DNA from: Tubulanus polymorphus
Lineage: Eukaryota; Animalia; Nemertea
Assembly (NCBI RefSeq): GCF_964204645.1
Contig: NC_134032.1
Coordinates: 1,856,416 to 1,920,415, forward strand
DNA: 64,000 bases
Reading direction: 5' to 3'
Shown: positions 27,584 through 42,155 of the stretch, piece after piece
How the letters are laid out: every line of letters begins with the position of its first letter
How positions within the stretch are numbered: position 1 is the stretch's first letter
The notes under the pieces: model-generated
Databases searched by the model: none
What the model was told of the DNA's origin: nothing
Seen by the model: only the letters and a program-made list of their open reading frames with translations
Program-made: the position numbers and the translations under genes

Positions 27584-27885
27584 TGTGTCTTATATAGCGC
27601 TAAATCCAGTTAAGCTGCTCAGAGTGCTTTACATTTTCGGTATTATTACCCCGGCCAATTTTTAGTACTCTAACATGTATCAGTCATCTCCCTGGGGAGA
27701 AGTAACACCGAGCTGCTAACAAGCGCTCAGGAGTCATCTATCAGAACAGGTTCCCGTTTAGTCCTGGGTGGAGAGAGGCAGTGAGGATAAGTGTCTTGCC
27801 CGAGGACACTACGGCAATGTACGGGGTTCGAACCCACGACCTGGCTTCCCAGAGCCGAACGCTCTAACCGCTCGGCCACACCGCT
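27501..27885 (-). mobile_element. tRNA-derived CORE-SINE with L2-like 3' tail and (TTA)n
   Basis: Minus strand: A box TGGCCGAGCGG, B box GGTTCGAACCC, CORE-like GTGTCCTCGGGCAAGACACTTATCCTCACTGCCTCTCTCCACCCAGG, tail TGTAAAGCACTCTGAG...AGCGCTATATAAG, then (TTA)n. Confidence 0.8.
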
Positions 27886-28239
27886 TACGACCTGACCATC
27901 TGGTCGTAAAGGTCTGATTGATCGCAGTCCCGACCCGAATCGCCCCGATCAAAATCGTGGTCGTAAGTTGACCCGGGCTTAGCATCAGGGAAACAAATTC
28001 AAAGTCGTTCAAGTAAAACCGACGATGAGGTTCTCCACGAGGTTTAGAGTTCCAGTCTGACTGTATTCATGCAGTGCAGGGGCTGAAGGAAGCAGGGATA
28101 GTGGGGAATGAATGAAAGTAACAATAAGCTTCAGGTGTTGGGCAATTTAGCTGAAAGTAGCATATAACATATATAGAGTATAAGACTATGTCGTCAAATT
28201 TGTAGCTATCGACATTGATCCGAAGAGGGCAATCATGGG

Positions 28240-28492
28240 ACCATTCGAACGTGATGGCATCGCTACACTCAGCCACGGCACGAACCCTGCCACCACACTA
28301 GACCGGTTGCGCAGGTACATGCGCAGCTTTGCCGCACCAATTTGCGGCACCAATCATATTGCTCGTTGTATAATCGCTGAGGCAAATTTCACGGACTAAA
28401 ATAAAACAGGATTTCCGATTGGTTAATAATGACACAATCGAATCCGTGCGTTGTCTCGATGCCGTCATCATCAGGTTCGAATCCCTGCCGGG
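28240..28492. mobile_element. MITE family I (B-box-containing TIRs)
   Basis: ATTCGAACGTGATGGC ... CATCAGGTTCGAATCCCTGCC. Related copies at 29088, 32265, 53864 and 55274. Confidence 0.7.
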
Positions 28493-29087
28493 GAGGATGC
28501 TTTAGGGTCGGGAAAGAAACCTCGTGCGTTCCCATCCCCGTCTAAATCAACCTTTCGTGTTTTGCACTCGGCGCGTAACTGTTACTTTATCGTAATGAAA
28601 CTCACCAGAAATCAAACAGCACTCACAGAGATTAGATTTGCTAAGTCGACGAGGGTAAAATCTTCATTTCCTGTTGAGCGCCACGTCGTCGCCGCGCGCG
28701 CCGCCATGTTTGTTGTATTTAGTATGCGGAAGGCGTCAGGCGACGAAATGAACTAAACATCAGTTGATTGCGCAGTAGTTACCTCGGCTGTAATTGTGTG
28801 CGGCCACATGACCAGTCGAGATGATGAATAACCAGATAAGGAGTTGTTGTTATAGTGATTGAGAAGTGTGGAAAGGGGAATCCTGCCGTGAGATAAGGGG
28901 TTGTTATTGTCATGAATTATTGAGAAATCAACTATTTTGAATTAAATTGTTAAACAATAATTCGAACATTGATAATAATGAAAAATGGATTGGCAAAAAC
29001 CAAAGGAAAGGGTACAGTACTCGACGGAAATATGGGGTCAAAATGTTGATCGAAATGGAAAAGGGCAGTGTAATTTCCGGCCTCTTC

Positions 29088-29275
29088 CGGCAGGGATTCG
29101 AACCTGATGGCATTGAGAGTCGCCACGGTGCTAGACTGGTTGCCTGCCCAATTCTGCGCCGCCCGCATTGGCACAAAATCTAACTGAAGGTAGACACCGG
29201 CAACCAGTCTAGCCACGGCGCGGACAGCTTCGATGATGGCATTATTAGCCAATCATAAATCCTATTTTATTTCTA
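29088..29275. mobile_element. MITE family I, partial
   Basis: GGCAGGGATTCGAACCTGATGGC end, and GATGATGGCATTATTAGCCAATCA in the interior. Confidence 0.65.
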
Positions 29276-29379
29276 ATAGTAGACTGCTTATATCGTCATT
29301 GCTAATTTATCGAAATTATTTCTGCATTCGCGGAGTCCTAAGACTTTTAAAAACTTTTTAAGATAGAATAAACATCGCG

Positions 29380-29560
29380 GAATGGGGCACCCGCACAGTG
29401 CTACTGTGGCAATCGAGGATTCCACGTTTGGCAGGCGAGGATCCGCAGGTGCCGCTTGTAGATGGTCGGTCGTCCGCGTTCAAATAATGAATCGATTATC
29501 GATGAAAACTAAACCGATATCCGAGTAGAGAAGAATGAAGGTATTGTATATTTGGTGGGT
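29380..29560 (+). mobile_element. MITE family A, left part
   Basis: GAATGGGGCACCCGCACAGTGCTACTGTGGCAATCGAGGATTCC...GAAAACTAAACCGATATCCGAGTAG. Confidence 0.8.
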
Positions 29561-30351
29561 ATTACCTCATTACAATAGCATTTTTTGCCCATTCACCAGA
29601 AAGCCTTATTTTAATTAACACTATTCTTAATCAATAAGATCTAATATGCTTTCTCCGTCATAAAGGTGTACAGAGTCTTTGTCTCCGTCATAAAGGTGTT
29701 CCCGGTTCAGTTCGTCATCAGTATACAATATCGGGCGATATAGAGGAGGCCAAGACGAAGGTTGAGATGAATAGTCGAACAAATTACTCGCTGCCAGGCT
29801 TTCTACCACTAGTGCAGACGACAGACACCTCACCGCGCAGTACGAATATACATCCACTACAGATATATGCGTGGTCAGAAGCCGGCGCGAATTTATCATT
29901 GCCAAATCCCTTCCCCGCAACATCATCCCGGTATCATTAACTTACATCGAATATTTCATCGCGGCTAATAGAATATATTTCAGAGCCAGCGCGTGGCGGT
30001 GAAGACTAGTTTTTCTATCCGTATGAGAAAGAAGCCATTCATCTTATTTCGGACGATGATTGATTTCGCTTCTGGAAACTTCGGTTACGAATCTAGCACA
30101 CGCTGCAGCAGTCTATGAATATTAGTTTTCCCATGCGTGCGCGGGGATACGAACAACGCGGCCCAACTGAGTATTATATCGCTGCGCGATGATTAAAAAA
30201 TAGCGCAAAAAGGTCACGTGTTCCCAGTTTTTGGGACGCTCGTTGATTTCATCTCCCAAAAAAAAAATAAATTTCGTTTCAGAATTCCTCATTTTCATTT
30301 CGTATTGCAGGCCCGAGGCAACATGGAAAAATTGGTAAGGCCACTTTCTAT

Positions 30352-30560
30352 TGTCATCATCAGCATCATCGTCATCAGACTGGTTTTGCCTCCTCAGTAG
30401 AAGTGTTTCCTGAGGAAAGAGGCAATCGGTCCTTCAGCAATCACCGGGTCGCACGGACATGGCCGCCTCTTGCAAGGAGGTCAGGTGGCGTTTGCACTTC
30501 TTTGGCCGAAACGTTTAGAAGCCCAATCCAGCCTTTCTTTCGTTGCCCGGAAAACGTCTT
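30352..30560 (-). mobile_element. Possible RTE-like LINE 3' remnant
   Basis: The minus-strand peptide SGQRKKGWI weakly resembles the RTE C-terminal GRxRKRW motif, and the region ends in a degenerate (GAT)n tail. Confidence 0.3.
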
Positions 30561-31209
30561 AATCTCAATTTGGAATAGAAATCTCAAACTATTTTTCCCA
30601 TTCGGCTTTGGGTCTTCGGTTGACTTCGGTGTCGGCTTCTCAGGTCGGTGCGGCATCTTCCACGGCGAGCCAGGTACGATTGTGACGCCTCGCTCATTGA
30701 AAATACTAAATATACGGATTATCCGTGGTGCCATAATAAACCGTCATTAATTTTCCAACTTTCCGCGAAGAGAGAAATGATTCTATTTCATTAAATGAAA
30801 TGTTCGTCGTTTCATTTGCTACGCGTCGCGGAGATCCGGTGTGATGTATATTCGACGGACTCCCTCGAGAACGGGATGAACCACGCCGTAGAGCTTGCGC
30901 AATCAAATTAAACTACTAGAGCGCGCAACCCGATGCGGTTACGCAATTTGCCGTGTTTCTCATACACTGCTCTACATCTGATGGAGATATGAACTCCGCC
31001 GGGGATCCCGAAGCGCTGAATCTGTCGTTGTTTTAAATCGTTTATTCATATACGTTTAAACGTCGATCCGTATAATAAAACGCGACCCTGGATCCGTTAA
31101 TGGAAAATGATGCGCGGCTGAGAGTGATCGCGATCTGTCGGGACGGGAACGGGGAACGGAATACGTCTCGGAAGGACGGAGTAACACGCTAGAGAAATAA
31201 GTAAATAGT

Positions 31210-31451
<242 letters not shown>

Positions 31452-32264
31452 CACATGAGAAGGGGTATATGGAAGGGGGCAAGGGAGCGAGAGGGAGACA
31501 GGCTTGATAGTGAGCGGAGTTTGGAGAGTGAAGCACAGCCTCTGTGATTTTTAATATTCACCGAGCAAGCGTTCGGTCAACACTATTTCATTCGCAAATG
31601 GCTTTTACCCACCAGGCTGAACATTTAATCGCGTAAAGTTTAATCCGCGAGTACTATTACTCTAGGATTATATTGACCCCGTGTGTTAAGTGTTATCGAC
31701 CCGTGTGTAATTTTAAGATATTTATATTCAATTCTTCGAGAGCCGCTGCAGCACTTAGTCCACAGGTTAAATCCAATAACCTACGTTCAGGTGTGACACG
31801 GGGACGTGACTGACAGCAAATGGATATGGCGTTTGTTCGGTGGCAGGTTAAAATGGGATGGACGAGAGGGAAATTTAAAGGGATAGTCCTTTAAAAAGTC
31901 GTCGCAGGGCTTGTCTGTTAGAGAAGGGCTTGTCTGTTAGAGAGATTCAGTCGATGTTTTTCTTGTAGCCGATTTCAAATCATATCGGTTCCTAAAACGG
32001 ATATGGTGTTTCGATGGCAGGTTAAGGATAGTCAGTCGTTTAAAAAGTCCTCGGCGTCGCGTGGCTTGATGGTTTCTACCGAGAAAGATTAAAATAGCTA
32101 TAAATCCTTTATTCAGCTGGTATTGTTTGAACTATCTGATAGTCGGAAATGTATTAAGCATCGGACAACGAGGCGAAGTCGGTTCAGAGATTCAGTCGAT
32201 GTTTTTTCTTGTAGCCGATTTCAAATCATATCGGTTCCTAAAACGGATATGGTGTTAAAACCGT

Positions 32265-32535
32265 GCCAGACCACCCAGTGCGCAGATACGTAGTTGACGA
32301 TGTCATTATTAGCCAATCAGATATCCCGTTTTATCTAGCCCATGTTTTCTCCACTTACAGTTCTACCGTGAATTTACCTTAGTGATTATAAAAACGCAGT
32401 AAATCTGATTGATGCCTCAAAGTTTTCGCGCGGCAAAGTGGTGCATGTACCTGTGACAACCTCGGCCTAGTGTGGCAGGGGTTCGTGCCGGTGTGGGGGT
32501 GAGTGTAGCGATGCCATCAGGTTCGAATCCCGCCG
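32265..32535. mobile_element. MITE family I
   Basis: GATGTCATTATTAGCCAATCAG in the interior, and CTAGTGTGGCAGGGGTTCGTGCC...GATGCCATCAGGTTCGAATCCCGCC at the end. Confidence 0.7.
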
Positions 32536-33124
32536 TCGGAAGATGCCCAATATCAACAAAGCTCGTTCTCCTTTTCCACTCCAATTTCTTCAATCCTCCA
32601 TCGCCCCCTATTTCTGGTCCCTACCTCCCTAATCCCTATCTCCCTTTACATCGGCCTTATTCCTGTCCCAGTTATTTCTCGCTAATCCTCCCGTCCCTCT
32701 CCCTCCCCCATCGCTGTATCTCACTGGCACTCAATTCATCTCACCGGCTCTCATCTCGCTCCCTCCATAAACTGCACCTCACACTTTCATCTCGACCGCA
32801 GTCTCCATCGAATTTCTGATATTCATTCGAGATAAACGACGAACTGGCGGAAAAAGAAAATCACCATAATCAAGATGTTCCACACGTGCTTGCCCGCACA
32901 CAACCGGGTTACCGAAAACTGCTTTGATCAGCGCCGATTAATCACCTAACTGACATTTACGTCGGGATTATCGTGTATCGAATATCTGATTAATAAATCA
33001 TACACGATATTCGACATCCAATAAACCAGTCACAGAGCGAAATTGTTGGATACCAGCTAACCGTGTTTATCAAGGTTCCTTTAAATCCGTAACAAAAACA
33101 GCGAGCAGAGAATTCACACTTTTG

Positions 33125-33210
33125 AGAGAGCGAGTGTGAGAGAGAGAGAGAGGAGGGAGGGAAGGAGGGAGGGAGGGAGAGGGAGGGAGGGAGGGAGGGA
33201 GGGAGGGAGG

Positions 33211-33275
<65 letters not shown>
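33125..33275. repeat. (GGGA)n/(GA)n microsatellite
   Basis: Read directly. Confidence 0.97.
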
Positions 33276-33279
<4 letters not shown>

Positions 33280-33949
33280 GAGAGGTGATCCCTGAGAGGT
33301 GATATTGCCTTAAATCCTGATAAACCGAAATGTACTCCGTTCCCGGACGCGTGCAGTGAGCGTCCAGCAAATTAGTGCCGGAATAAACGCCGCATTCGAT
33401 ACCGCGGCGGCTGAGCCTGTCCGTGCAGTAAATAAATACAAACGGTCACACGGAAAGTCGTATGGGGTGACGGCTTTCGGCGGAGGTATAGTCGAAGGAA
33501 AGGTTGACGAAATAGAAGGGATGAGAGAGAAAAGGAATGGTTGCGGCTATGTCTGAGTAAGGCTGAAAAATAAGTGATACCATGTTTCTCACGTCTGCTG
33601 AGTTGACCCGGCCGCTGTAAATGATGTTTTTTTTTAGAAAATGATGTTTTTTTTGTAAATGATGTTTTTTTTACAGAACCGACAGCCTCTAGAAATGAAA
33701 AACAAATGAATGGTATTGCCGGATTACCATACGACCCGCCGGCCGATGACACTCTTAGAGGGTTCTTCGGGGGGTTCTTGGTAAGGCATTAAGGTTCTTC
33801 AGCAACGCGGAATGCAGATTGGGGTTTTTTGAGACATTAGAGTTGGAGTGGCCACCATAGTCGATTGAAAATTTAGTAGACCTGTGACACAGGAGAATCG
33901 ATGTATCATTTTGGGAATACCTTGAGGGTTAGGTATTTTTTAACACCCT

Positions 33950-34130
33950 CAACCCGCTAAGCGGCACGCAGGGCATTGTAAGCGGGTTCGATGTTTCTTT
34001 TTCCTAATCGGGGAGAGGCCAGAGAAGAACCTTCGACCAAGAAACTCTGTCGCCACCAGGGTTTGAACCCGTAAACCATGGATTGACGAGACCAGTGACC
34101 GGCGGCTTAAACCACTCGGCCACTGCGCCT
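33950..34130 (-). mobile_element. tRNA-derived SINE family G
   Basis: Reverse complement of 18959-19128. Confidence 0.8.
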
Positions 34131-34887
34131 ATCTAAGAGTTTAGGTGTGAGTGAAAGATGGTTGCTGCAGGTGGCACGCGCGATGAAGCAGGCAGCGGGC
34201 ACGTTCAGGACCGGATAAAGTGAAAAGATAAGTTCCGAGGTTTTAATCGATTTTTTAGATTTATACTCGATTCATATTCACGACGAATTGACTCACGGAA
34301 AAATAGTTCATCGTCTATATATCCGCAGACATCTATATAAATATATATATAATACACTCGGTTTGTTCGACCTTGACTTCGATGAAATGAGGAATCGATA
34401 TTGATGATGAGGAGATACCCTAAGCCCGCTATTGTCTCCGCGCGCCGACGTGAACTACTACGGGAAGGAATAGGCTGAAAGGGGAATATTTCAAAAGTTC
34501 AACGAATCTGTTAATCGCGCGTAACGTCGGTTCGCCTCGGTTGTCGATTTCCATTAGATTTATTGAAAAGTCGTGTTCGAAAGGGAGCGGTATCTGCGTG
34601 ATAAAAATATCCACGCGCGCGCGCGCAACGATATCTATCGGGGCCTGCGCACGTCGTCTTGCGTCGTGGAAAAACTAGGGCGATAACATCTTTAAACCCG
34701 GCGTTCAAACATACGTCACCGGGCGTTTCGTTTTTGACAAGACTTCAACGCGAAACGACGACGAAACGACGGCGACGGTTAGCGATGGATCGAGCGGCGA
34801 GATTGCAAAACGGAACCAACGATCGAATTGTTTCAAGCGCCTCATATCGGCGAGCTAGCCGTTAAAATCGTGACGCGGATGACGGAC

Positions 34888-35030
34888 AGAGAGAGGGAGA
34901 GGGAGAGGGAGAGGGAGAGGGAGAGGGAGAGGGAGAGGGAGAGGGAGAGGGAGAGGGAGAGGGAGAGGGAGAGGGAGAGGGAGAGGGAGAGGGAGAGGGA
35001 GAGTGAGAGGGAGAGGGAAAGGGAGAGAGA
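34888..35030. repeat. (GAGGGA)n microsatellite
   Basis: Read directly. It explains the ERER and SLSL ORFs. Confidence 0.97.
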
Positions 35031-35650
35031 AAGCGACGGCGATGCTAAGAAAACTTCGGAATATCTTTGAAATGACAAGCGGGCAAAAATACTAGCCAAT
35101 CGCAATAGACTAGCTTTCATCATCCCGAGGAGTAAGAGGACTGGCGATAAAAAAAATACGCCCAATCAATACGGGCAAAGATATCGGTTGCGGATAAGAA
35201 CACGCGGCCTATTAGCGGGCAAGAGCCTCGGTTTCATCGGACGAGGAACGGAAATCGATTTTACGATAATAGCCTCGTTTTCATCATACTGAAAGCCTCG
35301 TTTGATTATTATCATCCTCATGATTGCAAAGTCGCATAACATAAATATTATCATCCGGTTTGATTGTTTCATTAAATCTCGTCGACGGCGCTGACCCGTC
35401 CGCAACGCTACTAAAGTTCATCGAACCAAAAAATGATACATCGTTTCCGATCATTTTCAAATCTCGCCAAGTCGAAGGTTAAACCAGCGAAATAGCCGTG
35501 TAAATAAAAGGCGTCCTCGCCAAACGTAAGGTATTTTTATCGACATTAAGATGCCCGACCAGCAGTAAAGCATATCTTCCGATTTTTTTTTTCGTTTCAA
35601 TCGAAACACACTTTCATGTCATTAGATATAGTATTATAATTCTAAACCCG

Positions 35651-35790
35651 GGTCCAGTTGCATAGTCCTGGCTCAGACTTAAGACCAATTTAAGACCATC
35701 TTAGTTCTATAACCCATCTAACAACTTAAGACCAGTCTTTAAATTAAATACCATTTTTGGACTTAAGTCTCAATATTGAGGAACCAGCCC
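35651..35790. mobile_element. MITE family C
   Basis: Reverse-oriented homologue of 12994-13131. Confidence 0.8.
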
Positions 35791-37274
35791 CAGCTGGACA
35801 ATTTTCATTCGGGCCTTTATGAATCCTAACAAACCAATTTACTAAAAATATCGCGAAATTTATACATCATGGACTTGTAAATATCCCATATAGAATATGC
35901 TTTAGATATTGTTTGATATCATTTCTTTCTTTCTTTCATATTTTCATATTTTATTGTTCACCAATTTTTGTTTCCCCGCATTCAAGATTTATGACGAATG
36001 AATTAATTTGAATTTGATTTTATCAAACCTTCTGCCCGACGCGCACGACGCATGGAAACAAGGAAACATGTTTCCGAGTGTTTCCTCGTGACGTGCGCGT
36101 TGGGCTTTACAACCGGAAATGAGGTCATTATTTCACCACAGCGTGGAGTCGTATTTTCGTTACCGGAATACCAAGGTCGTCGCGTCAGTTCATGGATGTC
36201 GATATCTGTCCAGCGACGATGGCCGATCATAGATACGACCGAATCGCTAGCACATAAGAAATATGCAGACACCTCCCAAATCAGGAAAATGCTTCACAAA
36301 GAGTCTAAACCTCTGCCTTTTGTATAAAGGTCGCCCTTTAAGTGTCTTCACCGGGAACCTTAGTGTTTTTAGTAGTCGGTTACACTAGGATCGTAGAGCG
36401 ACGGAGGTCACTGTGGAGACAACCACTACCAGGCCTTGGTAAAGGAAATGCATGTGCAAGAATCAATTTCATTTCTAATTTTTGTTTAGACTCATAAGAT
36501 TAAAACCTCCCACATTGTCGTGGCTTACGAAAGAGACGTAATGAGAAACAAATCGAGAACTTTTTACACAATTTTCTTGATTTCAATTATGATTAAAAAT
36601 ATTCACCTTCTTGCGCGGCGGATACATTCGCTATCCCCGGGGGATGACGTCACCGATTGTAAAAATCAGATCCGCATCGATTCTAAGTCGGTACAACCGG
36701 GATAATTCCCTTTTCATATCAGACATAAAGATTTTATGATTCAATTATTGCTTTGATCGGAAGCTGTGCTGAACGAACGCGCAGCCGCCGTGTTTATGTT
36801 GCCTATGGTATTCCAATAAAGACGGACGACTTTTGAAATTACGTTATCTTATAACGACTATTCGACGCGGCCGCGGTCGCCGTTGCAAAGTAACGAGCGT
36901 CAGGAATGCGCCGTTTGAAATTCAAATTGGATCTTCTGCGCTTCTGAGATTGTACGCGACGATGAATCGAAAACATTCTTAGTTTTACTGCGCCACGCCG
37001 CTTAGAAAACGTCTCTCGCTCCGATCTCCGAGCAGCTTGACTTTCAAGCCTCGGCCTTTCGGGGATTCTTCCGCATCTCGATTTAGGATCCGATGGATTA
37101 GCTTTGCGCCAAATCTATTATTTATGAAATCTACATTTGAACCGAACATCGAGTGGAAAGGGGGAGAAGATATCGAAATGGATTGAAAACGAAAATTGAA
37201 AAAAAAAACTATTCTCACGGTGAATAACTGGGATTGCTGGTATCCGGGCAGGGATTCGAATCGGGCACCGGCAC

Positions 37275-38150
<876 letters not shown>

Positions 38151-38730
38151 CCCGTAGCTTAAGACTGGTCCTAGGTTTTTCTTTCGAACACTAGAACTAC
38201 ACTCAAGACTTAGACCAGTCTTATCTTCAGCCTCTATTTTGACTGTCATCGAGAAATGCAGCGGTCATAAAGCATCAGCCTAATGATAATGCATCAAGCA
38301 AAGTGCCCGATAAACTGTATATAAACCGCAGACGGCCGGCTAGCCCTCTCGGCGCTCGTAATTAACCCGTAATAAATAAAAAAGTAACGTCGATACGAAA
38401 GATCTAAAAGATTTGTTGTGATTATTTCCGAGAAAGCCGCGCGCAGAAAAAGACCGTATTAAACACACCGCCGCCGGGCTATATCGGAGAGAAAGTCTTA
38501 CGATTTCATTTTCCAGCGAGGGAAAATATTACGAGCGCTTATGTTTTATGGAGCCGATTCCCCGCGGAGCGTTCCTTTGTTGCGCGTAATATTATTAATG
38601 ACCGCAGCGCGACGAAAATATCCTTTTCTTTTTTATCGTTTTCGTGAAAAGGGAAAGAATGAGGGGAAGGGTTCGGGAAGGCTATTAGCAGTTCCCTAGT
38701 TTAATATTTCCGTGTTAAACCTGTAGCTAT

Positions 38731-38990
38731 ATCTGAAAAAAAATTAGATAATTTGTATCAAAGATGGATTGAAAATATTCACTTAGTCGCGTGAAACCAT
38801 TTTGTGATAATTGTAATCAATCTTGCGCATTCCTCTTTGTAAATTTGTTTTTGTTGAGCAATAAATTCAATTGGATTGAATTGATGTCGTTATATCCCAA
38901 TCTCCCCTCGAAATTCTCGCCGATTTCGTTAAACAATTTTTTCCACAATCTTTCGCCACGAAAACTTATCCGCATTTATTAAAACGTTTT
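38731..38990 (+). repeat. ~260-bp dispersed repeat, copy 1
   Basis: Highly similar to 42156-42415. Confidence 0.9.
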
Positions 38991-39276
38991 TTTTTGTGGC
39001 TATTAGCAATTGGCCTAGGTTCAAGGCGTTACATAAGAAATAGGGATTGGAGGAGGCGAGAGAGGAGAATGCGAGGGTACGTTGCACCACTGCAAAAACA
39101 AACATCGTTAAAAAACTGAAAGACCAGTAAAATTTGTAATAAATTTCCGACTTCGTCTTTATTAACGGAGGAAAGGGGAATTCTTTTACTTTTAGAAAAA
39201 GATCGAGTACCCATTTCTGCCCCGGTTGCTGATTTAGCTACAGGTTTAACAGGGAAATGTTAAACTAGCGTAGTAT

Positions 39277-39610
39277 GAATAGGGAACCGCGACACAAGCT
39301 ATCCCGCGAGATGGCGCCACGAGCAATCGGTCTCGCGTTGTCAAAATTAGGTAATTTTCAATTTTAGGTCATTTTAAGCTCCTGAATGCAAACATCATCC
39401 CAGCACCACCAAATATACAATTATTTCATTCTTCTACTCGGATATCGGTTTAGTTTACATAAATAATTGATTCATTTAAGAGAAAAGTTCATTCAGATTC
39501 CATTGAAATGTGGAGTGAAATTGAACGCGGACTACCAACTCTCTACTACTAGCGGCACCTGGCGGATCCTCGCCTGCCATAAGTGGAATCATCGCTTGCC
39601 GCAGCGGCGT
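39277..39610 (-). mobile_element. MITE family A
   Basis: GAATAGGGAACCGC...AGCTATCCCGCGAGATGGCGCC...ACTAGCGGCACCTGGCGGATCCTCGCC. Confidence 0.85.
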
Positions 39611-40061
39611 CGTAGTTTTCTTTAAACTAATAAGGCGACGCTGGAGACGTGACCAACATAATTTCCGTTCGTAACGACGTTCATCTTACGTTTTCTCCGC
39701 TTTCATCTGTTGTTGCTACACGAATAAAGCGCGTCGAACGGGGAACGTAGCGAGCTCGTTTCCTGAACGTAACGCCGATCGGAAATCAACGCTTAATTCG
39801 ACGTCGACGCTTAAGTTTCGCGAACGACGAAGATCTTATAATGCGCCGAGATATACGTGAGAATTATAGACGTTGATTATCGACGCAAACGCCGCGGCAA
39901 TTAACGTTACGCTGCGTACGTATGGTATAACCGACCGACCGACCGACGTCAAAACGCATCAAGCTATCTACCGCTTTGCAACAATGAAATTATCACCAGC
40001 ACCGACGCGTCTCAGCCAGTCTCCTACCGATAATATCTGGTATTGTTTAGATAAAGATCAT

Positions 40062-40362
40062 AGAATGGGGACCTGTGACCTCCTGTGGCTATCGAGGATC
40101 CAACAGGTGTCGCTAGTAGTCGATTTCGATTGAAAACTGAATTAGCTTTTCTCTTAAATAAATCAATTTTGGAAGAAAAAACTAAACCGATATCAGTGTA
40201 GAAGAATGAAAGTATATTTGGCGGTTGTTGTGATAATGACGTATGGTTTCGGGAGTCTAAAAATCCGGTTCAAAGTTCATTGAAAATAACCTAATTTTGA
40301 CCACGTGCAGCCGAGTGCTCGGTACGCCATCTGGTGGGATAGCTGGTGCTGCGGGTTTCCCG
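40062..40362 (+). mobile_element. MITE family A (empty insertion site)
   Basis: GAATGGGGACCTG...CCAACAGGTGTCGCTAG...CGCCATCTGGTGGGATAGCTGGTGCTGCGGGTTTCCC. Confidence 0.85.
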
Positions 40363-40921
40363 GAACGTCGGCAAAGAAATTTAGAAACATATCCGGTGAC
40401 TGGTATTTGAGTTGTTTTTGAAGATAAAACGAATCGGGTGAATGCCCTAGTACGCGAAGGCTTGGCGATCACTTTTTAAAAAAATGTCCCACGTCACGTG
40501 TTGGATTACTCGGTGTCGTGAGTTCTACACGTTTTCCGTCTCGATGTCTGTCTGGGTCGGGCTGATCAAACAACGCGAGAACAGGCGAGACTCTCGTCTG
40601 TTGAGCGGTAAATCCTCGAGCGACGCGTTCGAACATGTTTGAGAATAGGATTTTATTCCGCGTTACAAAAATGAAAACCTCATTCGGTTCAGAAAGTTCT
40701 GTTCGCGGATCTTAGGATGTCTGGAGGCCATCGTTCTGGGACGAAGTGAGCTTATCCGTTGAAGCGATGCAGAAAAAGTCAGGTCGATTCGTGACGGCAA
40801 CAGCCGCCTTCTTAAAACGTCTAAAAGAGGGAACTTGATGACGTCATAGGGGTATTCATTGAGGCAGTCATACTTTCTTGAACATCTATAGAGGGAATTT
40901 AATGAACTCATCAGGTGTTTC

Positions 40922-41265
40922 GATGAGGACTCTACGTTCGACTGTGGCAATCGAGGATTCCACTTGTGGCAAGCGAGGATCCACCAGATGTCGCTAGTGC
41001 GCATTCAGACAACAAACCTGGATTTCTTTTCAGATTCAATTAAAATCAATCCATAATTTCTCAAATTCTGTGAATGATGATTAGTAAAAACCACCATATA
41101 AATGAACCTAAAGATCATCTGTGTTTATCAACAGGGGTGATTTGCCTAATTTCTGATGAGGGAGGCTAAAATGCAGAGGAAAGTTCATCGAAAATGAACT
41201 AGATTGTGACAGGGTTGTCGCACTGATACGCACGCTATCTAGCGGGATAGCTGGCGGCACAAAGT
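40922..41265 (+). mobile_element. MITE family A, subfamily 2
   Basis: Homologous to 18125-18480. Confidence 0.8.
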
Positions 41266-41893
41266 CGATCGTGGCATACAGGCGCTCGATTTCCCCTGTG
41301 CGCATGCGCAAACGCACTCGACTTGGAAAATTCCAAGTTTTCATTGCAAAAATTGGGATTCGAACACACAAGCTCGTAAGCGTTGGCTCGTCGTTCTAAC
41401 CGAATGGCCACAGAGGACACTCTAAGTTCTATAACTAACCCTAAGCCTAATCGTTGGACCTCGATCGTCGACGTGTCTACCTAATGTTTGGAGAATGATC
41501 AATAACGAATCACGTACAAACATTGTGTATTGACACTCGCATAAGACAATGACCCGGAGTCACGGAATCGTCCCCGGCGTCACGCTATACCGGCGCTGCG
41601 TTAATGATCAGTTCCACTAATAACGCAGACGGAAAAAATTGCGATGAATTAGAGCAAGCGAAAAACGGCCGTCGAGAGCGTCGAAATTACTCGAAATTAC
41701 TCGAAAATGCCGCTTCACCTGAGCCGTAATGTCTTCCCTAAAGAGACGCGTATTAAATGGTTGGCTGAGACTTGACTTTCATGCACTTAATACGGTGTAA
41801 AGAGAATATTCGGAACGGGTCAAATTCATCCAGAAATCTCGACAATCTAAGTTGAAGATTTTTAGACAGCGGGACACGTTAATTAACGACCAG

Positions 41894-42003
41894 GGTCCAG
41901 TTCCACAGTTCTGAGTTAAGATTTGACCCTGGGATAAAATATTGAAAATGAACTAACTTTTTAACTCAGAGTTAACTCTAACTTACAACTGTGGAACTTG
42001 GTC
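41894..42003 (+). mobile_element. MITE family B, abutted by a family D end (42007-42045)
   Basis: CAG duplication on both sides, followed at once by GGTCGGTTGCTCAAAAGTTGGTTAGAG. Confidence 0.85.
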
Positions 42004-42155
42004 CAGAGGTCGGTTGCTCAAAAGTTGGTTAGAGTTAACCGACTGAATTTTTCATGGTTTAACGATTACTCATTGAATTCGAATAAAAAAAAGCCCCCCT
42101 CCCCCTAAATTCAAACTAGTATTATGCGGCACTAGGTCTGTGCCACCGAAAAAAA

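Noticed and set aside
33750-34141. CACTCTTAGA...TCTAAGAGT as an EnSpm-like MITE enclosing SINE G
   Set aside because: The inverted match is only ~9 bp and there is no clear TSD.
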